A DNA stretch of 64,000 bases from Octopus vulgaris (taxonomy: Eukaryota), in assembly GCA_951406725.2 (NCBI GenBank), contig OX597821.1, positions 78,616,001-78,680,000 of the forward strand, written 5' to 3'. The translations under genes were made by a program, and so were the position numbers. Each line of letters opens with the position of its first letter. Positions within the stretch are counted from its first letter, which is position 1. The notes beneath the pieces are model-generated. The model saw only the letters and a program-made list of their open reading frames with translations. It had not been told where the DNA came from and made no database searches. Shown piece after piece: positions 52,913-64,000 of the stretch.

Positions 52913-53237
52913 ATGAAAATGCCAAAAGGAAACCATGTTCTCTACAACCTACTGCGGGTTTTCACTCTTATGTTTCTCGTGACGCTGGAGATTGGCGAAT
53001 CAAACCATGCGGGGTATTATGTGCAAATAAGCAAGACAGAGTGCCTGAATAACTGGTTGATTGGAACTCAACCCGCACGTTCACTCATAGAATGCGCATC
53101 AAGTTGTATGATGACTAATATGTGTGGTTTTTTTAGTTATTGTAAGGGCACATGCAAAATGCATAATTCTATTCACGAGAGGCCTCCTTACAAGTCTGGA
53201 TGCGACTGTAGATCTTATTTATTGCTAGATAGAAACG
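52913..53237 (+). CDS. Secreted PAN/Apple-domain protein, first coding exon
   Basis: Acceptor tttttcag at 52903-52910, hydrophobic N-terminus (LLRVFTLMFLVTL), PAN-like pattern SLIECASSCMMTNMCGFFSYCKGTC, and donor G|gtgagt (phase 1). Confidence 0.88.
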
Positions 53238-53399
53238 GTGAGTAAATTATTTTTCATACGTGTTTTGAGCTTTTTGAATTTCATTTCCACCATTATCACC
53301 ATGCATTGAATCTAACCACCTGAATATTTGGTGTCGCTCAATTAGTCGTTAGCAGTTTGGTTTTGCATTTAAAATGTAAAATTATTAAGAAAGTTTATT

Positions 53400-53451
<52 letters not shown>

Positions 53452-53672
53452 AAAGGTTTGAAATGCAATTTTAAAAGATGTTTATTTACTTGACCGGTTT
53501 CACCTTTTTAGAAAAAGATTGTCAAAAGTAACATGTAAAATCTTTGTTCTGTTAGGTACTGGTTGTCACAAAATATTACAATACATATATACATTCTTTC
53601 ATACTAATAAGAACATGTTAAAAACAGTTTACAAGGGAAAATCTTGGGAAAATATATAAAAAAAATTGACAA

Positions 53673-53726
<54 letters not shown>

Positions 53727-54063
53727 AGGAGGAGACACCCTTCGGTCACGAAAGACCATGGGATTGCACCTAGAAAGTTACCCCCGAGGCTCAACTCCGG
53801 GCAAGGTTGTTTGTGGAAGGCCAACAGTCGCCCATGCATACCAGCCTCCCCTCTCCACACGACTGATGTTATTCACGGGAAAGGCAAAGGCCAAAACAGC
53901 CTGGCAAGAGTGATGTCGCAACTCATTTTTACAGCTGAGTTGATTGGAGCAACGTGAAATAAAGTGTCTTTGCTCAAGAACACAACACCCAGCCCAGTCC
54001 GGGAATCGAACTCTCAACCTCACGATCGTAACCTCGACGCTCTAACCACTGAGCCATGCGCCT
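53727..54063 (-). mobile_element. tRNA-derived SINE, mirror of 19964-20252
   Basis: Reverse-complement match. This copy retains an internal segment that is deleted in the left copy. Confidence 0.8.
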
Positions 54064-54082
54064 TTACACAAACACACACACA

Positions 54083-54139
<57 letters not shown>

Positions 54140-55711
54140 GTATATATAAATATATATATATATATTGTGTGTGTGTGTGTGTGTGTGTTTGTTTGTTTGA
54201 GCGTGTGTCTATATATGTGTGCATGATAGTTTATATGGAAATTATAAACAGTTTGTCGAAAACTGAAATGATCATAATTTCAGAGCAATAAAATTTCCAT
54301 CTAATCTCTTACTGGTTCCAACCATTTACTCGTTGTAAATAATTAGCAGGAGTAAAGCATATTTTATAATCATATGTTGGTTTTCATACGTGAAGTTGGT
54401 TGATTAATACTGTCTCAAATATGTGGGTGGTGAGTGATGAAATCGATAGAGTGGCGAACAAATTACACTGCGAAATTTAGTTACGGTTACATACATTTCA
54501 GAAAACCAAACCCACCAATTTTTTCTCAATAGCTTATCCACTAGGAGTCGATAAATGAATTACGAACAAAATACTGAGGTCATTTTAAAGAATTCTATCT
54601 TTTATTTCAAGACGTAGCTTTGTGTCCACATTAGAAATGAATACTGGGCCAAATATTTCCTCCTAAATCGTCAAAGAATATCATTCACATAAAACAAAGC
54701 GCACGATGCCCGAAGTTCTGTTTGTCTATTTCATTAAATAATATATCATTGATTTTAAACGACACATTCCCATGAATTACTGAACTAGTTATGATTATAG
54801 GACATTTCCTGGTGTATATGCTTTATATTGACGAACAGAATATGTATCTTTCTGGTGTTCAGTTCACATTATTCTTTAGTATAAAAGAGACGTGTCGCTC
54901 ATAGTATGCACTATGGTTTTAGTTTTTCATCACCTTCACAGTATAGATACATTCGTCACTAAACCTTAATATTTTACGCACAAGCATAATCCATACCTAA
55001 TACTAGTCCTGCACTGTTTCCCTAAACAACAACCAAGTAAACATCACCAAGATATTAAGACTATACTTATCAAGTATTGAACCCAACCACTACTCTAACA
55101 GCATATAGGTAAGCAACGAAATTTCGATTCACAGCTATCTCTTTTTCATCTTCGATGACTTCACGGTATTTACTAACATTGAGTGATGATATATAATTGT
55201 GCATATTTTATATGTTTTGTGCAGATCCATAAATTATTATACATCACACTTTACTCTATACATCATATGGTACTTTGCATATATGCACACATACACACAT
55301 ACATGCAAATCTCTATCCACTGATGTGGTGTTGAGCAATCATTCTCATTGTTCGATATTAACTTATTTTGTATTTAATTTTATCCTTTTAGTACCGGTTT
55401 CGTTCATTTAAACTTTTTCAACTAAGTGTAAAATAAGAAAAACAATTAAGTTGGAGAAAACAAATTAAGTGAAATGTTTTGTAGATATTTCCACAGTCTT
55501 TAAATAGTTAGATATTTCCAAAGTCTTCAGATAGTCTGCCTCAGTCTCTGTTCCTTTCAGCAATATAATTGTTTTTCGTATTTTACTCTTAGTGAACAAA
55601 GTCTAAAAGACGGAAACAGTACTAAAATGTATTTCGTGATAAAATCATTTTAGCATTTTCTACATTGTCTTATTTTCCTCACGCATATCAACCCGTATGT
55701 TACGTTTCTAC

Positions 55712-55755
<44 letters not shown>

Positions 55756-55774
55756 CACACACATACACACACAA

Positions 55775-55886
<112 letters not shown>

Positions 55887-56038
55887 TTTTTTTTGTTAGG
55901 GAATAAAAATTCCGGCATAACAGGGGTTCAAATTATTCTCAATGAAGAAATATATATTTTCATTTATAGATAGTAGGCCCATTCATCTCACCATATAAAA
56001 AATAATTTTTATTTTAAATACTTACTATTTTATAACTT

Positions 56039-56133
56039 GGTTACACGTGTTTCATGAGGTATATTTCCCGGTTCCTAAACCACTCCGTGCTTTGCTGGAA
56101 CCATTCTTAAAATGTAATCCCAATCATCAGGCC
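56039..56133 (-). ncRNA. Type I hammerhead motif, mirror of 18036-18130
   Basis: Minus strand reads ggc-CTGATGA-ttgggattacattt...aaatatacctcat-GAAA-cacgtg-TA-acc. Core intact; one helix-I mismatch. Confidence 0.6.
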
Positions 56134-56289
56134 CTTATATCACTTTGTCATCGTTCAATACTATAAACTATATTGTAATTTTTTTTAATCCATAAGTATG
56201 TAGGTACGTGATAAAATTATTTTAGCATTTTCAACCTTGCCTTATTTTACTCATACATATCAACTTGTATGTTGCTTTTTTTTACATAA

Positions 56290-56475
56290 AAGGATATCGA
56301 TATCTTTCCACAAATACCTGTTGGAGAATTGGAAACGCTACTTGGATGATTGCCCCATCCTATGGTCCCGCACACTCGACCAACTTAATGATTTCAAAAA
56401 CTTAGTCAACAGTGTCAACAACCATATCCAATTTACAATGGAATATAGTCAAGACCAACTCCCTTTTCTCTCGTA
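56290..56475 (+). mobile_element. Penelope-like RT fragment
   Basis: LENWKRYLDDCPILW..IQFTMEYSQDQLPFL. Confidence 0.8.
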
Positions 56476-57579
56476 CAGACACATAACATTCCCGCCAACA
56501 CAAAACACACAAATATACACACGCACACACACGGACGCACACATACACACGCGCGATCAAACTCATACACACACGCGCACACACAACACCCTGACAATAT
56601 AAAACACCAGCACATGTATATATACACACACATAGAGACGTGCACAGTGACACACACACTCACACCATTCTTACCTCTAAGACCAGTCCCCAAAACCACT
56701 GAACCATGACAGCCTAGCTTAGAAACGAAAATCCTTTTGATTCCACATTGCTCTTCCTTCCTACCACACTATCCCTTAAAATAGCAAATATTCCTTAGCT
56801 ACACACAAGACCAAATGTCAGAAAGACAGGTCAGTTATTCTTCTGCAAATTTTTGTAAATTCTTAAATATATCTCCTTCTGTGTATATATATATACTACC
56901 AAACAAACATGATTTTTTTAAACTCATAATAATTTTCGGAGTCCCGTTCTGATTACTTTCTTAAATGCTTTCTTGTAACCCGTTTTTAACATTCTTTTAT
57001 TATTATCAAAGAATGTATATCTGTATTTTAATAACCAGTACTTAACACAACAAAGCTCATACAATGCTTTACATTTTACTTTTGACGATCTTTTTCTAAA
57101 AAAGTGAAACAGGTTAAGTAAATAAACATCTTTAAGATTGCATTTTCAAACCTTCTTTCATATATATTTCCACACGTACGGTACCTTACAACTTTACTTT
57201 GTTATATATATGTATATATTTATATGTCCATATGAGTTAGATGAGGGAGTGCTGAAAGGTGCCTTGCATTAGGTAAAAGGAAAGAGTAGGGGATCAATTA
57301 CTCGTGAATTTATTTAATATACTCAGTTATCTAAATCACAGACATTTCAATTTTTGTAAGCCCTGTAAAAGAACTCGGAGATTTGAATCACCGACCAGAT
57401 CTTTCGTGAGTCTCTTAAAGCCAGGAAATTTTCTACATGCCCTCGTATACATACATACATACGTACATGCATACATACATACATACATAAATACATACAT
57501 ACATACACACATACATACATACATACGTACATACATACACACACATGCATATAAATATATATATTTACATATATATATT

Positions 57580-57992
57580 ACTCTATACTCTTTTACTCTT
57601 TTACTTGTTTCAGTCATTTGACTGCAGCCATGCTGGAGCACCACCTTTAATCGAGCAACTCGACCCCGGGACTTATTATTTGTAAGCCCAGTACTTATTC
57701 TATCGGTCTCTTTTGCCGAACCGTTAAGTGACGGGGACGTAAACACACCAGCATCGGTTGTCAAGCAATGCTAGGGGGACAAACACAGACACACAAACAC
57801 ACACATACATATATATATATATACATATATACGACAGGCTTCTTTCAGTTTCCGTCTACCAAATCCACTCACAAGGCATTGGTCGGCCCAGGGCTATAGC
57901 AGAAGACACTTGCGCAAGCTGCCACGCAGTGGGACTGAACCCGGAACCATGTGGTTGGTTAGCAAGCTACTTACCACACAGCCACTCCTGCT

Positions 57993-57993
<1 letters not shown>
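57580..57993 (-). mobile_element. Full-length tRNA-derived SINE
   Basis: Reverse-complement match to 39768-40199. Confidence 0.88.
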
Positions 57994-58086
<93 letters not shown>

Positions 58087-58933
58087 GATACATGCATACA
58101 TAGGTATATAGAAGCATCTACTTTTCGTATGCCTGCCGGCATAGAACATATTAGATATATTGTTTCGTAAACTGTAAGAGAAGAAAATGTTTCTTTCTAA
58201 ATGATCGTTATGGAGACAGCACCAAATCTTTATAAACGTAGCAAAAAGAAAACAGAAACAATAGTTCATTCCAAAGATTTATTCAATGTTAGAATAATGA
58301 ATCCAAGTTAATTGTTCAATATATGCGATATCCTAACAAATCTTTTCATTCAAAGAATGCTTAAAGGTCGTTTCCCAATGGTATTCGTGCACGAGGGTCG
58401 TAATCAATTACATAACTAATATTAATAAACCAGATATTTTACATGTGAATGACCTCTCTCATTTATTGTCAAAACTCTAACAGCTCAAAGGGACCATCTT
58501 TCATAGGTCGCTCTATCTGCTAGAAATAGAGAAATCTCCCTTAAATTACATCCCATCATCTTGAAACGAATGATATGCTAGATCGGAATAATAAGACAGA
58601 TGGAAGGAATGGTCATGTTAGAACAAATTCTTCCAGGGGGATTCTCACTGAAAGTTCATTTTGTGATAAATAACAATAACAGATTTCTATTATTTCTGTC
58701 TAGTATCAAACTCTGAAATTTGTGTAAAAGAAACTATAATTGAAAATGAATTCGAAGCTTGGGAAAATTGTGTATCGAATATAATAAATTTTAAACTAAT
58801 ACAGAACTTTTCACAGCACTTTTCACGGTACTGTAGGAAATAAGATATTTTGTTTAAAACGTTAATGAAAGTGTGCACCAAAATCTTGTCTGTTCCTTTA
58901 CATTTAATATTTTATTATTCATTATTCATGCAG

Positions 58934-59025
58934 ACAGAAACAGGGTGAAAATTTATGAGTTGACCAATGAAACGTTTAAAAATAATCCCCTTGATACGTT
59001 CTGGGATGATTGGCCTGTCGACAAG
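58934..59025 (+). CDS. PAN-domain gene, second coding exon
   Basis: tattattcatgcag| acceptor. Phase 1 joins the previous exon in frame: (D)RNRVKIYELTNETFKNNPLDTFWDDWPVDK. Donor AAG|gtaata (phase 0). Confidence 0.75.
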
Positions 59026-60920
59026 GTAATAAATTTTCAAAATTTCCAAATTATTTTCATTTCGTAAAGCAGTCAACATAATAGTCAGCTCGCTATGTAT
59101 TGAAGGATGTAACTTTTATGTGTTGTTCATGTCGTTACTGCAATGGCGTGTGTAATTTCGTTTCTTCATTTTTTTGGTTTTATTGCTTTTTAAATCCTGT
59201 TGTCAAACATGCTTCGGTTTTGATACGTGTCTTATTTTCTTTTATATCTTTCTATACCAGTTGCTTGGAGAGTCATCTAAATGCACACGCACATTCACAG
59301 ACAAGCACGCTCAAAACACACAAACACACTCATACACACACAAGCACAGACACGTACCCTTATATTCGAGCACACACACATACATTCACAAGCATTCTTG
59401 TTATGTTAGACGTAAATGAGTACTTAGAAAGAAGTTCAAGTTGCGACGGAAACGCTACGTGATCCTTTTATTTGGAGGAAATAACAACCAAATCTAGAAC
59501 AAATCAGAAATTAACTTTCTACTGGGTCCTGTTTCCCGAGAAACAATATCTTGGGAAACCTATACGATTAGAACATCTTCCAACCTTTGTCATCTACCAG
59601 GGAGAATATTTAGGGTAAAAGGAAAAATACAACAGTACATGAGAAGCCAAATCGTTCGACCTGTAGAGTTTTGCTTTTGAATATTTGTGTTCAAATACTG
59701 TCGGGCTCAAACTTGTCTTTCCTTCTTTCAGAATTGATAAAATAGAGTACCAGTCTAGTACTGGAGTCGATGGAATCGACTATTCCAACACAAGGCTAGT
59801 GAATTTGCAAAATCAAAAGAGCGTCGGACAAAATGATTTGTGGCATTTCGTACGGTTCTCTACCGTACTACACACACTCATTTATCGTCTGCAATCGACG
59901 CAACTGTAATTGGAAATGGTTTTATCAAATTCGAAAGGATGAAGCAGTAAATTGACTTCGCTAGGGTTGAGATTCTGAAGGTAGAGAACCGTATGGAATG
60001 TTATAAAATATTTTCTCTGACTGTCTTCATCTCTTCTCAGATATTATTATGACGACGTTCGGGTGTGCGAAAGATTGTAGGAATAGTATTACCCAAATAA
60101 ATATTCGTATATAGTTATCTACAATGGACTTTCGCAGAATTAATTTGTTCACCCAGAATGTATTCTGTACCACACCAAACGTCGATACGATAATATACTA
60201 ATAGTGTAATCCAATACTGACGATCAACGCTGAGGATTGCCCGCCATCGACTGCCGACAGTCAATTGTTGACAGTTCACACAGTTTCTTTATTTCATTGA
60301 AAAACACCAGTCCAATTTTGGTCACGTGGGGATGGTCATGATGTTTCTCCTCCAACAGTATGTATGAATCTATGTATCGATGGTTTATGCATATTATAGA
60401 AAAGATCCAGATCTTCTCCGTACTGTGTTTTCACCTTATTACAGTAATGGGGATAAAACCACTGCTAATCAGAACATGAAGGGTTTGAAAACAATAATTT
60501 CCAGGAATTCATTTTCATATCCATTCATCATTATTCTGTGAATCGTGGTTCACAGAATAAAAACAAAGAATCTGTCCTACAGACACACTTGAATTTACAC
60601 AATTTAAGTCAAACGTTAGTAATCTATTGTCCATTTCCACCTCTTATACATTGAACAAAAATACACGCATATCTTTTTCCAGAATCTTCTCTCTCTTAAG
60701 GCTTCCACTAAATATTTCTCTTGTCATTACTCTCATACAACAGTCTTTCTCCATTTCCTCATTGTCACTCTCCACCTCTCACTTGCCCTCTGATGAGCAG
60801 TCCATCTGTACCCATACTTTTCTCTCCATCTGCGTCACGCCCCCTCCCTTTCTCAATCTCTCTCATTCTCGCCTTCCTTGTCAAATTTCTATTTGATTTC
60901 ATTCGAAATTTTATTTGCAG

Positions 60921-61072
60921 GTGAAACTCTTCGTGATAAAAAATGATACTGAAATACTCTCATTAACTTTCAATGCAAAAAATTCAAGTAGCACGGAATG
61001 GTTCAATCCCACTCGGCTTCTTACGACACCGTGGTTTGGAAATGTAACAGCAACGTACAAGTTTTATGATGG
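60921..61072 (+). CDS. PAN-domain gene, third coding exon
   Basis: ttttatttgcag| acceptor, phase 0: VKLFVIKNDTEILSLTFNAKNSSSTEWFNPTRLLTTPWFGNVTATYKFYDG. Probable donor GG|gtatat. Confidence 0.78.
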
Positions 61073-61479
61073 GTATATATTAACATTTTATTTATTTGCA
61101 TTATAGATATTCGTTGCTGATAACTATGATTTCTCGTCTAGGCAGTTGCATATTTTGGTAGGAGGTTACAGTCGACTATGATACGTCGATATCAGTAATT
61201 AACTAGTATTATTTTATGGACAATGATATCAGGCATGATCGTAGCGGGATTCGGAATCAAAGCATTGAGGAACAAAAATAACTACAACATAGCTTATTGT
61301 ATGACACATCACTGATTGTTTCTTTTAAATGATGGTGGGGTACTTTTTGGGTATTTCATCCTCATTACAGAAATTGGGTTGTTTCTCCCGAGATCAAAAT
61401 TCTTTAACAAGCAATAAAACAAATATACTAATTGTAATAATAATAATATTAATTATAATAATAATATCATAGATAAATA

Positions 61480-63300
61480 GAACAGGACAGCAACTTAACA
61501 ACACTTATACACAGGCACAGACACAGCACAAAATAACAACAAACAAAATAACACACAACATAACAAAGCAGCTATAACCGAGGAGGGTGTCGAAGCGACT
61601 GAACAAATAACGAAAGTAGAACTAAACATCAAACAGTCGATACATGTGAACCAACGTGAACGTCACCCCAGGCTACAAAAAGAATGATAATAAACAGCTC
61701 TGTAAAATGATAAATAGATACAACAGACCCTTGTAAGAAATAATCAACATATCAAAATATACACTAGATATCAATAAACTAAATGAGTTGATCTGGAAAC
61801 TGGACCCAAAATCCCTACAAGGAAAATACAATGCCAGCCAGATCTCAGTCTCGAAAATGGAAACGGATCATAATTTTAAAAAAATCAGAAACAAAAAAGT
61901 ATTATCATTACTTTGTAAATTCGGGAAAACGGGATCAAAATAAAATGAAATAAGGCCCATATAACAAAAAAATGCAACGCAAAAATTAAGAAGATACCTG
62001 GGAGGTGATAGGAAATGTTAAACAGGGCATAGTAGGAAAATTTGGCGCATAAAACTTTATGAAAAACGGAAACGCTTATGCAACTAAATAGAGAATTCAA
62101 AATAATCATAAATTTATTTGATAGGAGTTTAAATAAAAATAAATCTTTATCTATAGATAAGAGGCCAACCACTTCAGCGATTTAGTTATATAATTCATAA
62201 TTTCAGCAATGACATCGGAATGAGCAGTGAGTTGTACAAATGTGCCACAGTCACACTGAGTAGAGGCAAATTATTTAGCCCTGAAAACACAGCACACGAC
62301 ATAGACACAGAAATTAGAGAATTAGATCACAACCACCAATACACATTTCTAGAAACAAACGAAACAGGGGATAAAACATGCTGGCCATACCAATCAAAAA
62401 TTACAGTTTTAACAAAATAAACTGAAAGATCAGTGAATTGAGAAACCTAGATGGGTGGGGGTAGAAAACAGAAAACTACTAACAGTGTACCGAAGTCACC
62501 ACGCCAAAGCAGACGCAGACAGAATATATCAACTCCACTCAGAAGGAGGCTCTGTTCTGATACAGATAGAGATCTACTATAAAATAACAACATTCAGACT
62601 AGGAAAGTACTTAGAGACAAAGAGTGGAAGTCTATTACATTAAGTAAAGCATCGCGACAAGAAGAAAACGCTTTTCTCTATTTCACAACGAGGTGACAAA
62701 ATACTTAAATAGCCTCAGATGAAAACATAGAAGAAATGGTCAAAGAGACAGAAAACAACATGAAAACAAAATTACAGAAGATACTGAAGAAGAAATGGAA
62801 AGAAAAATCACTCCATGGCTAATACCCTGCAAGACTTGACGGAAAGAAAGTGAGCCTAATTAAAAGCCAACGACGGTCCAAAAGCTTTAGATTACAAGGT
62901 GATATGGAAGTAATATTTCTCACTGCACAAGACCAATGCCTGAATACAAACATTTATAAAAACACAATAATGAAAACAGACCCGCTAAAGCAAATGCAGA
63001 ATGTGCAAGCAGCACAATGAGCCAGTTGACCGCAGCGTCTCGTGCCAAATTTGAATATATATACAGATAGAGATAAAGTCAGCAGTTATATCCACTGGGC
63101 AACATGCCAATATCACAACAGTAGAACTGACACTAGAGAGTATAAGGATGTGCCAAATAAGGTACAAGACAACGACAAAGCGACAATCATCTGGGATATG
63201 GCTGTTCAAACCGAGAAAGAAATAAAAGCAAACATCTTAGATATCATAATGAGGAAAAAAACCCGCCAAATTAGCCTCAATCTACCAAATGTTGAATAGT
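61480..63300 (+). mobile_element. Heavily decayed R4-like LINE
   Basis: Fragments YKCATVTLSRGKL, HHAKADADRIY..EGG and RDKVSSYIHW..ATIIWDMAVQTEKEIKAN, in the same order as the element at 12080-16365. Ends at a (TAA)/(CTA) array. Confidence 0.8.
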
Positions 63301-63302
63301 TA

Positions 63303-63331
63303 AATAATAATAATTATAATGATAATGATCA

Positions 63332-63369
<38 letters not shown>

Positions 63370-63604
63370 TTACTACTACTACTACTACTACTACTACTAA
63401 TACTACTACTACTACTAATAATAATAATAATAGTAGTTGTAGTAATAGTAATAGTAATAGTAATAGTAATAGTAATAATAATAATGATGATGGTGGTGGT
63501 GGTGGTGGTGGTGGTGATGATGATGATAATAATAGTAATACTAATAGTAATAGTAGTAATAATAGTAATAATAATAGTAATAGTAATAATAATAATAATA
63601 ATAA
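63303..63604. repeat. Compound (TAA)/(CTA)/(TAG)/(GGT) trinucleotide microsatellite
   Basis: Directly visible. Confidence 0.95.
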
Positions 63605-64000
63605 TCTGCCCTGATGCAGTACCAGACAGTGGCTCTCGTGGCTTCTGATCTTAGCTCATTGGAAGTGTTATCATGTACATTGTTTTGTCTCTGTATAAAA
63701 GATGGGATACAGCAAATATTCTGCTCAATACCACAGATTTGCTTGTCAGTTGTTTGACCATAACCAGTTGAGCGTTTCCGTTAGTGGCTGACGATATGTA
63801 CATCTCTGATCACGAGCAGAAGTAGTGAGGGAGCATCATAGCTGTGTGATGAAAGGAAATCTTAGAGGTTTGGATAATCCACCTTTGGAAACATGGGTGG
63901 TTCGTTCAACATCCTTAAACAACTCTTATTCAGGGACATTTTGAGCGGGATGGGTTTCTCGACCAGAAGAAAATTCTATATGGGCTCCACCTGCAAGGTC

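Noticed and set aside
63605-64000. Repeat-like sequence following the trinucleotide array
   Set aside because: Probably an interspersed repeat, but no diagnostic motif allows classification.

Overview
AT-rich, repeat-dense animal genomic DNA. The SINE families and (TA)n/(TAA)n/(TATG)n microsatellite load suggest a coleoid cephalopod, probably Octopus (inference). The dominant structure is a ~38-kb imperfect palindrome: arm L ~17953-34690 and arm R ~38715-56210 are reverse complements around a ~4-kb spacer. The arms carry arm-specific insertions and deletions, plus patches of near-perfect identity that suggest arm-to-arm gene conversion. The palindrome duplicated the 5' part of a spliced gene for a secreted PAN/Apple-domain glycoprotein. 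The right copy is intact (exons 52911-53237, 58934-59025, 60921-61072, probably continuing past the window); the left copy is a disabled, truncated pseudo-exon. Three type-I hammerhead ribozyme motifs are visible: one near each outer arm end and one in a retrozyme-like 474-bp direct repeat. The rest is mostly decayed transposons (Tx1/L1, R4/Dong, RTE, CR1, Penelope-like, mariner, Tc1, Helitron, SINEs). All alignments were done by eye, and repeat boundaries are approximate unless stated otherwise.
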